Under the pieces are notes generated by a model. That model saw nothing but the letters and a program-made list of their open reading frames with translations, was not told the DNA's origin and ran no database searches. The position numbers were made by a program, and so were the translations under genes. A DNA stretch of 64,000 nucleotides from Candidatus Hydrogenedentota bacterium (GTDB taxonomy: Bacteria; Hydrogenedentota; Hydrogenedentia; Hydrogenedentales; SLHB01). Of this stretch, positions 20,329 through 28,831 are shown piece by piece; position 1 is the stretch's first letter; each line of letters starts with the position of its first letter. The stretch lies in contig BTVY01000007.1 in assembly GCA_045863335.1 (NCBI GenBank), positions 96,001-160,000 of the forward strand, read 5' to 3'.

Positions 20329-20516
20329 GTGCTGTGAGAAACGCGCGTTAAGTACCTCATCGAGGCAAGGTGAATCGCAGTTCTTCTTGCCGAAGAATCA
20401 CAGCGGAACGACAGGGAGACCGGACTGCCTTCCCCGTCCACGGGAGGGGTGACGTCAACGAAATCCTCGACAAGGCGATTTCGGAACGACGCCAAAGACT
20501 TTCCAGATGGTAGCAC
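20329..20516. mobile_element. Possible structured MITE-like element
   Basis: Nested imperfect inverted repeats: GTGCT/AGCAC ends, AATCGC/GCGATT, CTTGCCGAAGAAT/ATCCTCGACAAG, and an inner CCTTCCCCGT/ACGGGAGGGG. Confidence 0.35.
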
Positions 20517-20583
20517 CCGTGGGGAAGTGGCCAAGCTTACGTTCACGCAATCATTTCGAAAGCTGGCGCCGCGACGCGCCTTA

Positions 20584-20620
20584 CAAAAAGAATCTGGGGC
20601 TCTCTTTCGAGAGCCCCAGA
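20584..20620 (-). terminator. Rho-independent terminator of the DUF1559 gene
   Basis: 12-bp perfect stem TCTGGGGCTCTC/GAGAGCCCCAGA, GAAA loop on the minus strand, followed by TTCTTTTTG. Confidence 0.8.
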
Positions 20621-20694
20621 GATCTTCAGTTCACCTTGAATCCGTTACGTGCGGGCACTTGCGAGAAGTCCGCGCATCGCACGAACCACTCGGT

Positions 20695-21714
20695 TTACCA
20701 CGAGGAGTTGTTCATATTCTCGGGCGTAAGGAACCAGGTCCGCGTGGCCAGTTCACCCGGGTACCGGATGAATTCGACGTGGCCGTCCATGAACAGGACG
20801 TTCACACCACCCGGAATGTGGTTGAACTCGTACGCTTCATCGGTCGCGCCCGTCACGGGATCGTAACCATCGACGAATGCTTCGTCACGCAGCAACAGAA
20901 TGTCGGACTGGGCTTTCGCCGAGCCGGCAGGATTGTTGATGTCGGTGATCATGAAGCGCTCGACGCCTTCACGCATGTTGAAGAGCGTCCATTCACCGGT
21001 CGACGTGACTACTTCTTCGATGTCGTCGCCACCATCTTCGTGGGTGCGATCGTAGAACGCATCCGAAAGGATCGCGAGGTCATCAAACGCATCGACTTTG
21101 TCCGTCGACATGGCCGTCGGCGGAACTACGACACCGGTGTAGCAGTAGGTGTCATAGAAGAAGCTGGGGGCGCACACGCCGGCGGCCAGCGCTTCACCAC
21201 CAGGGGCGCAGCTCTGATCCGGCTTAGCTTGACCGTCGGAACCAACCACGTCGTCCTGAGCGTTACCACCCGACTCAGCGCCGAGGACATCGAACATGCG
21301 CTGACCAAGGGACTTCAGGCGGAAATGGTTGCTGTTACGCCACGTGGAGTGAACGCCGCGCATTTCGACGTAGTCGTAGCTCTGACCTTCACCCGGAGGA
21401 GTGGAGGGGCAGTCATGCAGATTGTAGTCGGTGTTGTATTCCGGATAGATTTCGACCCAGCTGATGTTGCTCCACCAGCGGACGTCCGTATACGGACGAC
21501 GATAGTCCTGATACGGCTGCGGGTATTTCTCGCCAGTGCTCTCGTTGGCGAACATCTTGATGACCAGACCCAACTGCTTCAGGTTGTTCTGGCAGCTCGC
21601 ACGACGGGCGGCCTCACGGGCGCGCGCCAGTGCCGGCAACAAGATCGCCGCAAGAATACCGATGATCGCGATCACGACCAGCAGCTCGATAAGCGTAAAG
21701 CCTTTTTTCTTCAT
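20695..21714 (-). CDS. Prepilin-type N-terminal cleavage/methylation protein, DUF1559 / H-X9-DG family
   Basis: MKKKG|[42 protein letters not shown] and C-terminal [16 protein letters not shown]. Confidence 0.93.
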   Translation of the reverse strand: MKKKGFTLIELLVVIAIIGILAAILLPALARAREAARRASCQNNLKQLGLVIKMFANESTGEKYPQPYQDYRRPYTDVRWWSNISWVEIYPEYNTDYNLHDCPSTPPGEGQSYDYVEMRGVHSTWRNSNHFRLKSLGQRMFDVLGAESGGNAQDDVVGSDGQAKPDQSCAPGGEALAAGVCAPSFFYDTYCYTGVVVPPTAMSTDKVDAFDDLAILSDAFYDRTHEDGGDDIEEVVTSTGEWTLFNMREGVERFMITDINNPAGSAKAQSDILLLRDEAFVDGYDPVTGATDEAYEFNHIPGGVNVLFMDGHVEFIRYPGELATRTWFLTPENMNNSSW

Positions 21715-22003
21715 GAGAGAAGTTCTCCTGAGTTACTTAGAGTATTGGCTATGAAGCACAATAATGCCGTTTGTTTGGAAAAAACAATTCCGAGGGATAC
21801 GATTCTGACTGATTGGAAAAGGAAATCACCGAAGCTCGTTTACCCCGATATATCCCTTTCCCTTGCAACACCTCCTTCCCTGACACAAGTGGCAAGTTTG
21901 CACGAGGAAAGCGTCGGATTACACCGAATGACGGAATGCACCTCGCGCCATTTGCGTCACTGTTCAGCCCTTAACAGAAGGATTATAACTCCGTCGTGCT
22001 TTT

Positions 22004-22032
22004 ACTCTAGGGTATGGGAGTCGGATTGTCAA
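22004..22032 (-). promoter_or_regulatory. Sigma70-type promoter for the DUF1559 gene (long leader)
   Basis: Minus strand TTGACA-17 bp-TAGAGT, about 290 nt upstream of the ATG at 21714. Confidence 0.55.
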
Positions 22033-22211
22033 GTCCTTTTTTTGCCCTCTCATGCTCCGTTTTGGTTATTTCACCGCCGCGATCCTTGACCCGCAATGGG
22101 GGATATCCGTATATATGAACGGATTGGCTGAACCCATCATCTCCGCGACTGTGCGTCTTGCGGGTGCTGCGTGGCGGGCCAGCAACGGCCAACGGAACTA
22201 GCAATACAACA

Positions 22212-24107
22212 ATGAGTTACGTACGGATTGATAGCGTCTCCAAATCCTTCGCGGGCGAATGCGTGCTGCGAGAGGTCAATTTCCGCGTCGAAGAGGGCGA
22301 CAAGATCGGGCTTATCGGCCGCAATGGCACGGGAAAGAGTACCCTTTTCCGGCTTATCCTCGGTGAGTTTGAGCCGGATTCAGGCACGATCGAACGCATG
22401 AAGCGGGCGCGCGTCGCCTGTCTCGCCCAGTTGCCGGTCTTGAACCCGGGCGACACGCTATTTGACGTGGTCATGCACTCCTTTCGCGAGCTGCTTGACC
22501 TGGAGCATCAACTGCGCGCCATGGAAGACCGGCTAGCCCAGGGCGACAACGGTGTGATGGACAGGTACAGCGCCTTGCAAGAGACCTTCCAGGTGCGGGG
22601 CGGCTATGAGTTCCGCACGAATGCGAAGCGGGTGCTGCACGGACTCGGATTCACCATCGAGGATTTCGATCTTCACGTGTCTGCGTTGAGCGGGGGCCAG
22701 CGCACGCGACTCATGCTGGCCCTGGTGCTGTTGCAGGACGCGGACCTCCTCCTTCTCGACGAACCGGAGAACCACTTGGATCTCGAAGCACGGGAGTGGC
22801 TCGAGTCGTTCCTGAAGGATTGGCCGCGGGCCTTTGCAATCATCTCGCACGACCGCCAGATGCTGAACGCCGTCACCAACCGCATCGTGGAAATCGAACG
22901 CGGCGAACTGCGGGGGTTCACGGGCAATTACGACGCCTACATGGCGAACAAGGCGTTGGTACAGGAGCAGCAGCAGAAAGCCTTCGAGCGGCAGCAGGAG
23001 TTCGTCGAGAAGGAAGAGCGCTGGATCAACCGGTTCCGCTACAAGGCATCCAAGGCGTCGCAGGTCCAAAGCCGGATTAAGCGCCTCGACAAGCTGGCAC
23101 GGGTTGATGCGCCGGACAGCGAGGTCTCATCCGCGCGGTTCTCCCTCGGCGAGGTGGTGCGGAGCGGTGCGGTCGTATTGGAGGCGAAGGGACTGTCCAA
23201 GGCCTACGGCGACCTGCGGCTGTACGAGAACGTGGCGTTTCAGGTTGAGCGCGGCGAACGGGTAGGCATCATCGGCCCCAACGGAGCGGGCAAGACCACA
23301 TTGTTGCGGCATATCGCGGGCGAACTGGACGCGTGCGCGGGAGCGGTGACGCTGGGGCACAAGGTGCGGCTGGGGTTCTACGATCAGCATCACGAAGGCA
23401 TGAACCCCGCTGGCGACATCTTCAGCGAGATCGGCCAGGTCCGGACGGACATGACGCCGGAGAAGGTCCGCACCTTTCTCGGCCGCTTTCTGTTCACGGG
23501 CGAAGACGTGTTCAAACCCATCGCGGCCTTGAGCGGCGGCGAACGCAGCCGGGTGGCCATCGCCAAGTTGATCCTGGAAGGGGCGAATGTGCTGCTGCTC
23601 GACGAGCCAACGAACCATCTGGACATCGCGTCGCGTGAGGCATTGGAATCGGCCCTGGAGGAGTTCCCGGGCAGCATCCTGATGGTGTCCCATGACCGGG
23701 CCCTCATCGACCGGCTCGTAACGAAGCTGGTTATCCTGGAGCATGGGCATACCCGCGTGCATCTGGGCAATTACTCCCACTACAAGTGGAAGCGCGCGGA
23801 AACTGAGTCGACCGCGGAACGCAAATCGACCGGCGAAGTGTTAAAAATCCGGCGCGGCAAGAAACCGCCGCGGGACAAGGCCGCCCAAAAGGAACGGCGC
23901 AAGCAACGGAACCAGCTCGAAGATATCGAACGGGACATCGCGGAAATCGAAGAGATGATTACCGCCATCGAAGGCCGTTTCCCAACGCTGGACCCCGCCG
24001 ACTTCCAAGCGCTCCAGGATCTCACCGCCGAATACGAGGGCCTGAAGAAAGACCTGGGCGATATGTACCAGGAATGGGAACGCCTCGCGGGGGAGTTGGC
24101 GGAGTAG
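22212..24107 (+). CDS. ABC-F family ATP-binding protein (Uup/YheS-like)
   Basis: Two ABC domains (GRNGTGKST, LSGGQ, LLLDEPENHLD; GPNGAGKTT, LSGGE, LLLDEPTNHLD), a linker and a C-terminal coiled coil; no TM segment. Confidence 0.93.
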   Translation: MSYVRIDSVSKSFAGECVLREVNFRVEEGDKIGLIGRNGTGKSTLFRLILGEFEPDSGTIERMKRARVACLAQLPVLNPGDTLFDVVMHSFRELLDLEHQLRAMEDRLAQGDNGVMDRYSALQETFQVRGGYEFRTNAKRVLHGLGFTIEDFDLHVSALSGGQRTRLMLALVLLQDADLLLLDEPENHLDLEAREWLESFLKDWPRAFAIISHDRQMLNAVTNRIVEIERGELRGFTGNYDAYMANKALVQEQQQKAFERQQEFVEKEERWINRFRYKASKASQVQSRIKRLDKLARVDAPDSEVSSARFSLGEVVRSGAVVLEAKGLSKAYGDLRLYENVAFQVERGERVGIIGPNGAGKTTLLRHIAGELDACAGAVTLGHKVRLGFYDQHHEGMNPAGDIFSEIGQVRTDMTPEKVRTFLGRFLFTGEDVFKPIAALSGGERSRVAIAKLILEGANVLLLDEPTNHLDIASREALESALEEFPGSILMVSHDRALIDRLVTKLVILEHGHTRVHLGNYSHYKWKRAETESTAERKSTGEVLKIRRGKKPPRDKAAQKERRKQRNQLEDIERDIAEIEEMITAIEGRFPTLDPADFQALQDLTAEYEGLKKDLGDMYQEWERLAGELAE

Positions 24108-24124
24108 ATTTCGTGGCATGAGCT

Positions 24125-24246
24125 ATGGACGGCATGGACCGTCTGGACGCTATGGACGAAACAGATGCGGGTTCGCGGAACCGCGGTCGTATGTGAATCC
24201 ATAGAACGTTCGAGTCTGACGGGTCCTTATCGTCCATAATGTCCAT
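24125..24246. repeat. 9-bp-period (A/C)TGGAC tandem array with inverted GTCC(A)T array
   Basis: TGGAC units at 24126, 24135, 24144 and 24153; GTCC units at 24223, 24232 and 24241. Confidence 0.6.
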
Positions 24247-24320
24247 CCCCCCGAAGTAAATGCGAAGAACCATGCATACCCGCGATAAGAGTATAATCGT
24301 TTGTCCCCCAACGTTCCGGA

Positions 24321-25718
24321 GTGCCTGAATTGAATATCCCGATCCTATCCGGGTTGCGCGAGTTGGACCGCGCGCCGCGCCAGTTCTTGTATTTCATCGT
24401 GTTCAACGTGGTTTCCTGGCAATGCATCGTCGGGAACGCGCTGGTGCTGTTTGCCCGGAGCCTGGATATCCCCGCGTCTTGGGTGGGGTTTCTTATCGCC
24501 TTCATGCCCCTGTCCATGTTGCTGGTGTTGGTCACCGTTCCGCTGGTCACCTACCTGGGACCGCGCCGGCTCATGTCGACGGCGTGGGGTTCGCGTTGCG
24601 TGGTCATCTGCGCGGTGTTCCTGATTCCCTTTGTGATGGACCGCTACGGGCTGAAACCGGCGCAGTACGTGCTCATGGGCGCGACGCTGGGGTTCTGTCT
24701 GTTGCGGGCTATGGGCGGGGGCGGCTGGTTTCCATGGCTCCATGAGGTGGTGCCGGAACACCAGCGAGGCACCTACTTCAGCACGGAATCGGCCATCACG
24801 CAGCTCCTCTGGGTCGTGGTGGCCTCGGCGCAGGCATTCATCCTGCACGAGAACCCGGGCCTGTACCACTTCCTCGCCTTGTACGCCATCGGGATTGCCG
24901 CCGGGTTCATCAGCCTCATCTACATGGTTCGCGTACCGGGCGGCCGGGGTGTGACCGAACGAGTTTCCATGCACTCAAGCTTTGGAGCGTACCGGATTAC
25001 CCTGTCTGACCGGCCTTTCCTCCAGTTCGTGGTCGTCGCGACGCTATGCTTTTCGTGCTTGACGTGGCTCTCCGCGGCGCTGGTTCTTTACATGCGCGAC
25101 GCGCTCGGATACTCGCCGAGGGACATCATGTTGATTACGGCCGCCGGCGGCGCGGGTATCCTCGTCACGATCCGCCAGTGGGGCCGGTTCGCCGACCACT
25201 CGGGCAGCGGCCGCGCCATGTTCCTGAGTCTCGTGGGACACAGCGTCAGCGCGCTGGTTTTCCTCATGATCGTTCCCGGCGCCTGGTGGACGTGGTGGCT
25301 GCTCCCGCCGACGGTGGTCTTTTCGGGCGTGTTCGCGGCAGCCTATACCATGGCCGCCCACCGCGCCATGCTGAATTTCGTTCGCTCGCCCGGTCGCGTG
25401 GCCTACACCAATTTTTGGACCGTGGGGACGTCACTCGCCTTGGGCATCACACCGATTCTCGTGGGGTACTCGATCGATCATTGGGGACTCTGGGGATACC
25501 GCACCTGCTTCCTGGCCTGTGCCATTGGAGGAATCTGCTGCGCAGTGGCGAGCCGATTTGCCGTCCAGGACAGCACGCCGCTCGAACCTTCGCTGAGCCG
25601 GCTCGTCAATCCGGCCTTGCCAGTGCGCACGCTCGCACGCATTCTGTGGATCACACTGGGACTGCACGAAAGCGGACGGCGCACAGGGGCGGCGCTTCGT
25701 CCGTCAGACCGATCGTGA
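24321..25718 (+). CDS. MFS transporter
   Basis: About 12 TM helices; PWLHEVVPEHQRGTYF and WGRFADHSGS loop motifs. Confidence 0.85.
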   Translation: MPELNIPILSGLRELDRAPRQFLYFIVFNVVSWQCIVGNALVLFARSLDIPASWVGFLIAFMPLSMLLVLVTVPLVTYLGPRRLMSTAWGSRCVVICAVFLIPFVMDRYGLKPAQYVLMGATLGFCLLRAMGGGGWFPWLHEVVPEHQRGTYFSTESAITQLLWVVVASAQAFILHENPGLYHFLALYAIGIAAGFISLIYMVRVPGGRGVTERVSMHSSFGAYRITLSDRPFLQFVVVATLCFSCLTWLSAALVLYMRDALGYSPRDIMLITAAGGAGILVTIRQWGRFADHSGSGRAMFLSLVGHSVSALVFLMIVPGAWWTWWLLPPTVVFSGVFAAAYTMAAHRAMLNFVRSPGRVAYTNFWTVGTSLALGITPILVGYSIDHWGLWGYRTCFLACAIGGICCAVASRFAVQDSTPLEPSLSRLVNPALPVRTLARILWITLGLHESGRRTGAALRPSDRS

Positions 25719-25826
25719 TTTTCCCGATTCCTCGGCCGTGGTTCACGGCATAGCCTAGTCTTCGTTAATGCATTGTATTTACTTCATTTATATTGTCAAG
25801 AATTTCTCCACAAATGAAGATACATA

Positions 25827-25835
25827 TGATATACT
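25827..25835 (+). promoter_or_regulatory. Extended -10 promoter element of the kor operon
   Basis: TGaTATACT within an AT-rich intergenic patch (25761-25845). Confidence 0.45.
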
Positions 25836-25881
25836 CGATTTAGTGCCGACGATTGTCACCGTATTCAGGGGGAATGAAGTA

Positions 25882-26202
25882 GTGACTTCGACACCGGGCT
25901 ACCCGCGTACGCCTATGGACCGGGACACGGCGTACGTACCAAGGGGGCAAGTATTTGTGATCCCGGGACGCTGCAAGGGCTGCGGCTATTGTATCGAGTT
26001 CTGCCCGCAGCTCGTTCTTTCCACGTCCAGCGACATCAACGCGAAGGGTTACCACTACCCTATCGTCGCGGATGAAAAATCGGACGCATGCATCCACTGC
26101 GGCTTTTGCGATGTCGTCTGCCCCGAGTTCGCCATCTACACGGAAGAGATTGATGCGCCCGGATCTCAGGCGTTGGAGGCGCACGATGCCGGGAACCGTT
26201 AG
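25882..26202 (+). CDS. korD: 2x[4Fe-4S] ferredoxin, 2-oxoacid:ferredoxin oxidoreductase delta subunit
   Basis: CKGCGYCIEFCP and CIHCGFCDVVCPEFAI motifs. Start is GTG 25882 or ATG 25915. Confidence 0.88.
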   Translation: MTSTPGYPRTPMDRDTAYVPRGQVFVIPGRCKGCGYCIEFCPQLVLSTSSDINAKGYHYPIVADEKSDACIHCGFCDVVCPEFAIYTEEIDAPGSQALEAHDAGNR

Positions 26203-27361
26203 CGCAACATCCAGCACTCCGCCCCGCGTCATGACCGGCGAGCACTTCATGGTCGGCGACCACGCCTGCGCGGAAGGCGCCCTCGCGGCCGGTCTGGATT
26301 TCTTCGCGGGATACCCGATTACCCCATCCACCGAGATCTGCGAACGGCTTGCCCACCGGCTGCCGCAGGTGGGCGGAACCTTCGTGCAGATGGAAGATGA
26401 ACTGGGCAGCATCGCCGCCATTCTGGGCGCATCCGCCGCTGGCGCGCGCACCTTGACCGCCACGTCCGGCCCGGGCTTCAGCCTCATGATGGAGAACATC
26501 GGCCTGGCGGCGATGATGGAGATTCCCTGCGTCATCGTGGACGTCATGCGCGGCTCGCCTTCTACCGGTCTGCCCACCTTGGTCGGGCAAGCTGACGTGT
26601 TCCAGGCGCGCTGGGGTTCTCATGGCGATTACGGGATTGTTGCGTACTCGCCCTCCTCGCCGCAGGAGTGTTTCGATCTCACAATCCGCGCATTCAATGT
26701 GGCGGACCGATTGCGCATTCCCGTGTTCGTGTTGATGGACGAAGTCATCGGCCACATGACGGAGCGCGTCGTGATTCCGCCGGCGCATCAGATTCCCCGC
26801 GTGGATCGAAAGCGGCCGTCCCACGAACCCGGCGACGCGGTGTTCCTGCCGTTCAAGGCGGACGCCGATTTGATTCCCCCCATGGCCCACGCGGGCGAGG
26901 GGTACAACGTGCATTTCACGGGGCTGACCCACGACGAACGGGGCTACCCCGCGTTGAACGCGCAGACTCACGAGCAATTGGTCACGCGGCTGGTCAACAA
27001 GGTGGCCGTTCACGCGCCCGAAGTTATCCTGACCGAGGAAGTCGACCTCGACGACGCGGAAGTAGTGGTCGTCGCGTTCGGCTGCACGGCCCGCTCGGCA
27101 CGCCGCGCGGTAGCGATGGCGCGTCAGCAGGGTGTCAAGGCGGGATTGCTCCGGCTGATTTCGTTGTGGCCCTTCCCCGAGGAGCGCGTTCGAGAATTGG
27201 GACGGCGGGATGCGGTGAAGCGATTTGTGGTGCCTGAAATCAACATGGGGCAGATGTGCCGCGAGGTGGAACGCCTTACCCATCTGCCCGTGCAGTCCAT
27301 CAACCGGGCCGGCGGCGCCATGATCACGCCGCAGTCGATTCTGGAGGTGCTTGTGTCATGA
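26186..27361 (+). CDS. korA: 2-oxoacid:acceptor oxidoreductase alpha subunit
   Basis: FFAGYPITPSTE, QMEDELGS, TATSGPGFSLMME, RGSPSTGLPT and PEINMGQ motifs; GGAGG RBS. Confidence 0.95.
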   Translation: MPGTVSATSSTPPRVMTGEHFMVGDHACAEGALAAGLDFFAGYPITPSTEICERLAHRLPQVGGTFVQMEDELGSIAAILGASAAGARTLTATSGPGFSLMMENIGLAAMMEIPCVIVDVMRGSPSTGLPTLVGQADVFQARWGSHGDYGIVAYSPSSPQECFDLTIRAFNVADRLRIPVFVLMDEVIGHMTERVVIPPAHQIPRVDRKRPSHEPGDAVFLPFKADADLIPPMAHAGEGYNVHFTGLTHDERGYPALNAQTHEQLVTRLVNKVAVHAPEVILTEEVDLDDAEVVVVAFGCTARSARRAVAMARQQGVKAGLLRLISLWPFPEERVRELGRRDAVKRFVVPEINMGQMCREVERLTHLPVQSINRAGGAMITPQSILEVLVS

Positions 27362-28278
27362 GCGTTCCGGCTCCAGCCGCTACCCAATTCGTTGAAGAGC
27401 ACCCAATCGATACCCTCCTCCGCGCCGACCGCTTTCCTCATATTCTCTGCCCCGCCTGCGGCATTGGCTCCGTAATCCATTGCTACGTACAGGCCATTTC
27501 CGAATCGGGCATCGACAAGGCGCAGCACGTATGCGTGTCGGGTATTGGGTGCAGTGGACGCGCGGCGGGCTACATCAACGTCGACAGCTACCATACCACA
27601 CACGGGCGCGCGGTACCGTTTGCGCTGGGCATTGCGGTGTACCGGCCGGAATTGTGCGTCACGGTGATCAGCGGCGACGGCGACCTGTCGTCCATCGGCG
27701 GCAACCATTTGATCCATGCCGCGCGCCGCAATGTGAATCTGAACATCATCTGCATCAACAACTTTAACTACGGGATGACCGGCGGTCAGGCGGGGCCGAC
27801 GACCCCGGTAAGCGCCAAGTCGTCCACAACGCCTTTCGGCAGTTGGGAGCGCCCGTTCAATCTCCCCCACCTCGCGCACGCCGTCGGCGCTTCCCTGGTG
27901 TCACGGTGGACGGTATTGCATGCGCGGCAACTCAAGCAGACGATTCTCAAGGCCATGCATAAGCAGGGCTTTGCGTTTATCGAAGTCCTCTCGCCCTGCC
28001 CTACCGGTTTCGGCCGGCCGAACGATCGGGGCGATGGAATCGAAGACATGCGGCGGTACCGCCAGCGTTGCGTCATTGACGACGAGGCGTACCTTCCGGA
28101 CATTGACATCGATATAACGGACGACACGAGCCCGATTGTGGTGGGGAACTTCGTCGACATCGACCGCCCCCCCTTCCAGCCGGTGCTCGGGGCGCCTCGT
28201 CGTGAAGTGGCAAAGGTATTGGCGGAAAACGCAAACCAACGGACGAGATCCCGGGAGTCGATTGGCCATGAGCACTGA
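27358..28278 (+). CDS. korB: 2-oxoacid:ferredoxin oxidoreductase beta subunit (TPP-binding)
   Basis: CPACGIG, SGIGCSGR, HTTHGRA, GDGD...IGGNH, NNFNYGMTGGQ and EVLSPCPT motifs; ATGA overlap. Confidence 0.95.
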   Translation: MSVPAPAATQFVEEHPIDTLLRADRFPHILCPACGIGSVIHCYVQAISESGIDKAQHVCVSGIGCSGRAAGYINVDSYHTTHGRAVPFALGIAVYRPELCVTVISGDGDLSSIGGNHLIHAARRNVNLNIICINNFNYGMTGGQAGPTTPVSAKSSTTPFGSWERPFNLPHLAHAVGASLVSRWTVLHARQLKQTILKAMHKQGFAFIEVLSPCPTGFGRPNDRGDGIEDMRRYRQRCVIDDEAYLPDIDIDITDDTSPIVVGNFVDIDRPPFQPVLGAPRREVAKVLAENANQRTRSRESIGHEH

Positions 28279-28831
28279 GACAACGCAGAACGGCCCTGTC
28301 CAAATCCGCATCGCCGGTTACGGTGGGCAGGGCGTCATTCTAACCGGCATGCTATTGGGTAAGGCCGCCAGTCTGTACGATGCGAAGGAAGCGGTGTTTA
28401 CCCAATCCTACGGACCCGAGGCGCGGGGCGGCGCATCAAGCGCGGACGTGGTGATCTCGTCCGATCCTATTGACTATCCCCTGGTGACGGAGCCGGATAT
28501 TCTCGTGACGCTATTTCAGGAGGCGTACAGCAAGTACCGGCCCAGCTTGAAACCCGGTGGCACGCTTATCGTGGAGAGCGATCTTGTGCATACCAACGGC
28601 GACGCCAATGTGGCGGGGCTTCCCGCGTCGCGCATGGCGGAGACGATCGGCCGCCGCATCGTCGCGAACGTCGTCGTATTTGGCTATCTCGTGGGCAAAA
28701 CGGGCGTCGTCAGCAAAGAGGCCGCCATGAAAGCTATTGAAGCGACGGTCAAACCGAAGACTTATGAATTGAATCTGAAGGCGTTTACAGCGGGATACGC
28801 GCGGGCCACGGAGGAGTCGGGCCGTGAGTGA
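28268..28831 (+). CDS. korC: 2-oxoacid:ferredoxin oxidoreductase gamma subunit
   Basis: IAGYGGQGVIL, QSYGPEARGG, ANVVVFG and NLKAF motifs. Confidence 0.93.
   Translation: MSTETTQNGPVQIRIAGYGGQGVILTGMLLGKAASLYDAKEAVFTQSYGPEARGGASSADVVISSDPIDYPLVTEPDILVTLFQEAYSKYRPSLKPGGTLIVESDLVHTNGDANVAGLPASRMAETIGRRIVANVVVFGYLVGKTGVVSKEAAMKAIEATVKPKTYELNLKAFTAGYARATEESGRE

Noticed and set aside
20411-20450. ACAGGGAGACCGGACTGCC resembling a cobalamin riboswitch core
   Set aside because: There is no GCCCCCGCAACTGT segment or B12 box, and no gene directly downstream in that orientation.
20449-22089. 546-aa plus-strand ORF
   Set aside because: It is the antisense shadow of the DUF1559 gene and runs through its terminator and promoter; no motifs.
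24125-24246. Periodic repeats considered as a CRISPR array
   Set aside because: The units are 5-9 bp with no 25-45-bp repeats or unique spacers, and there are no cas genes.
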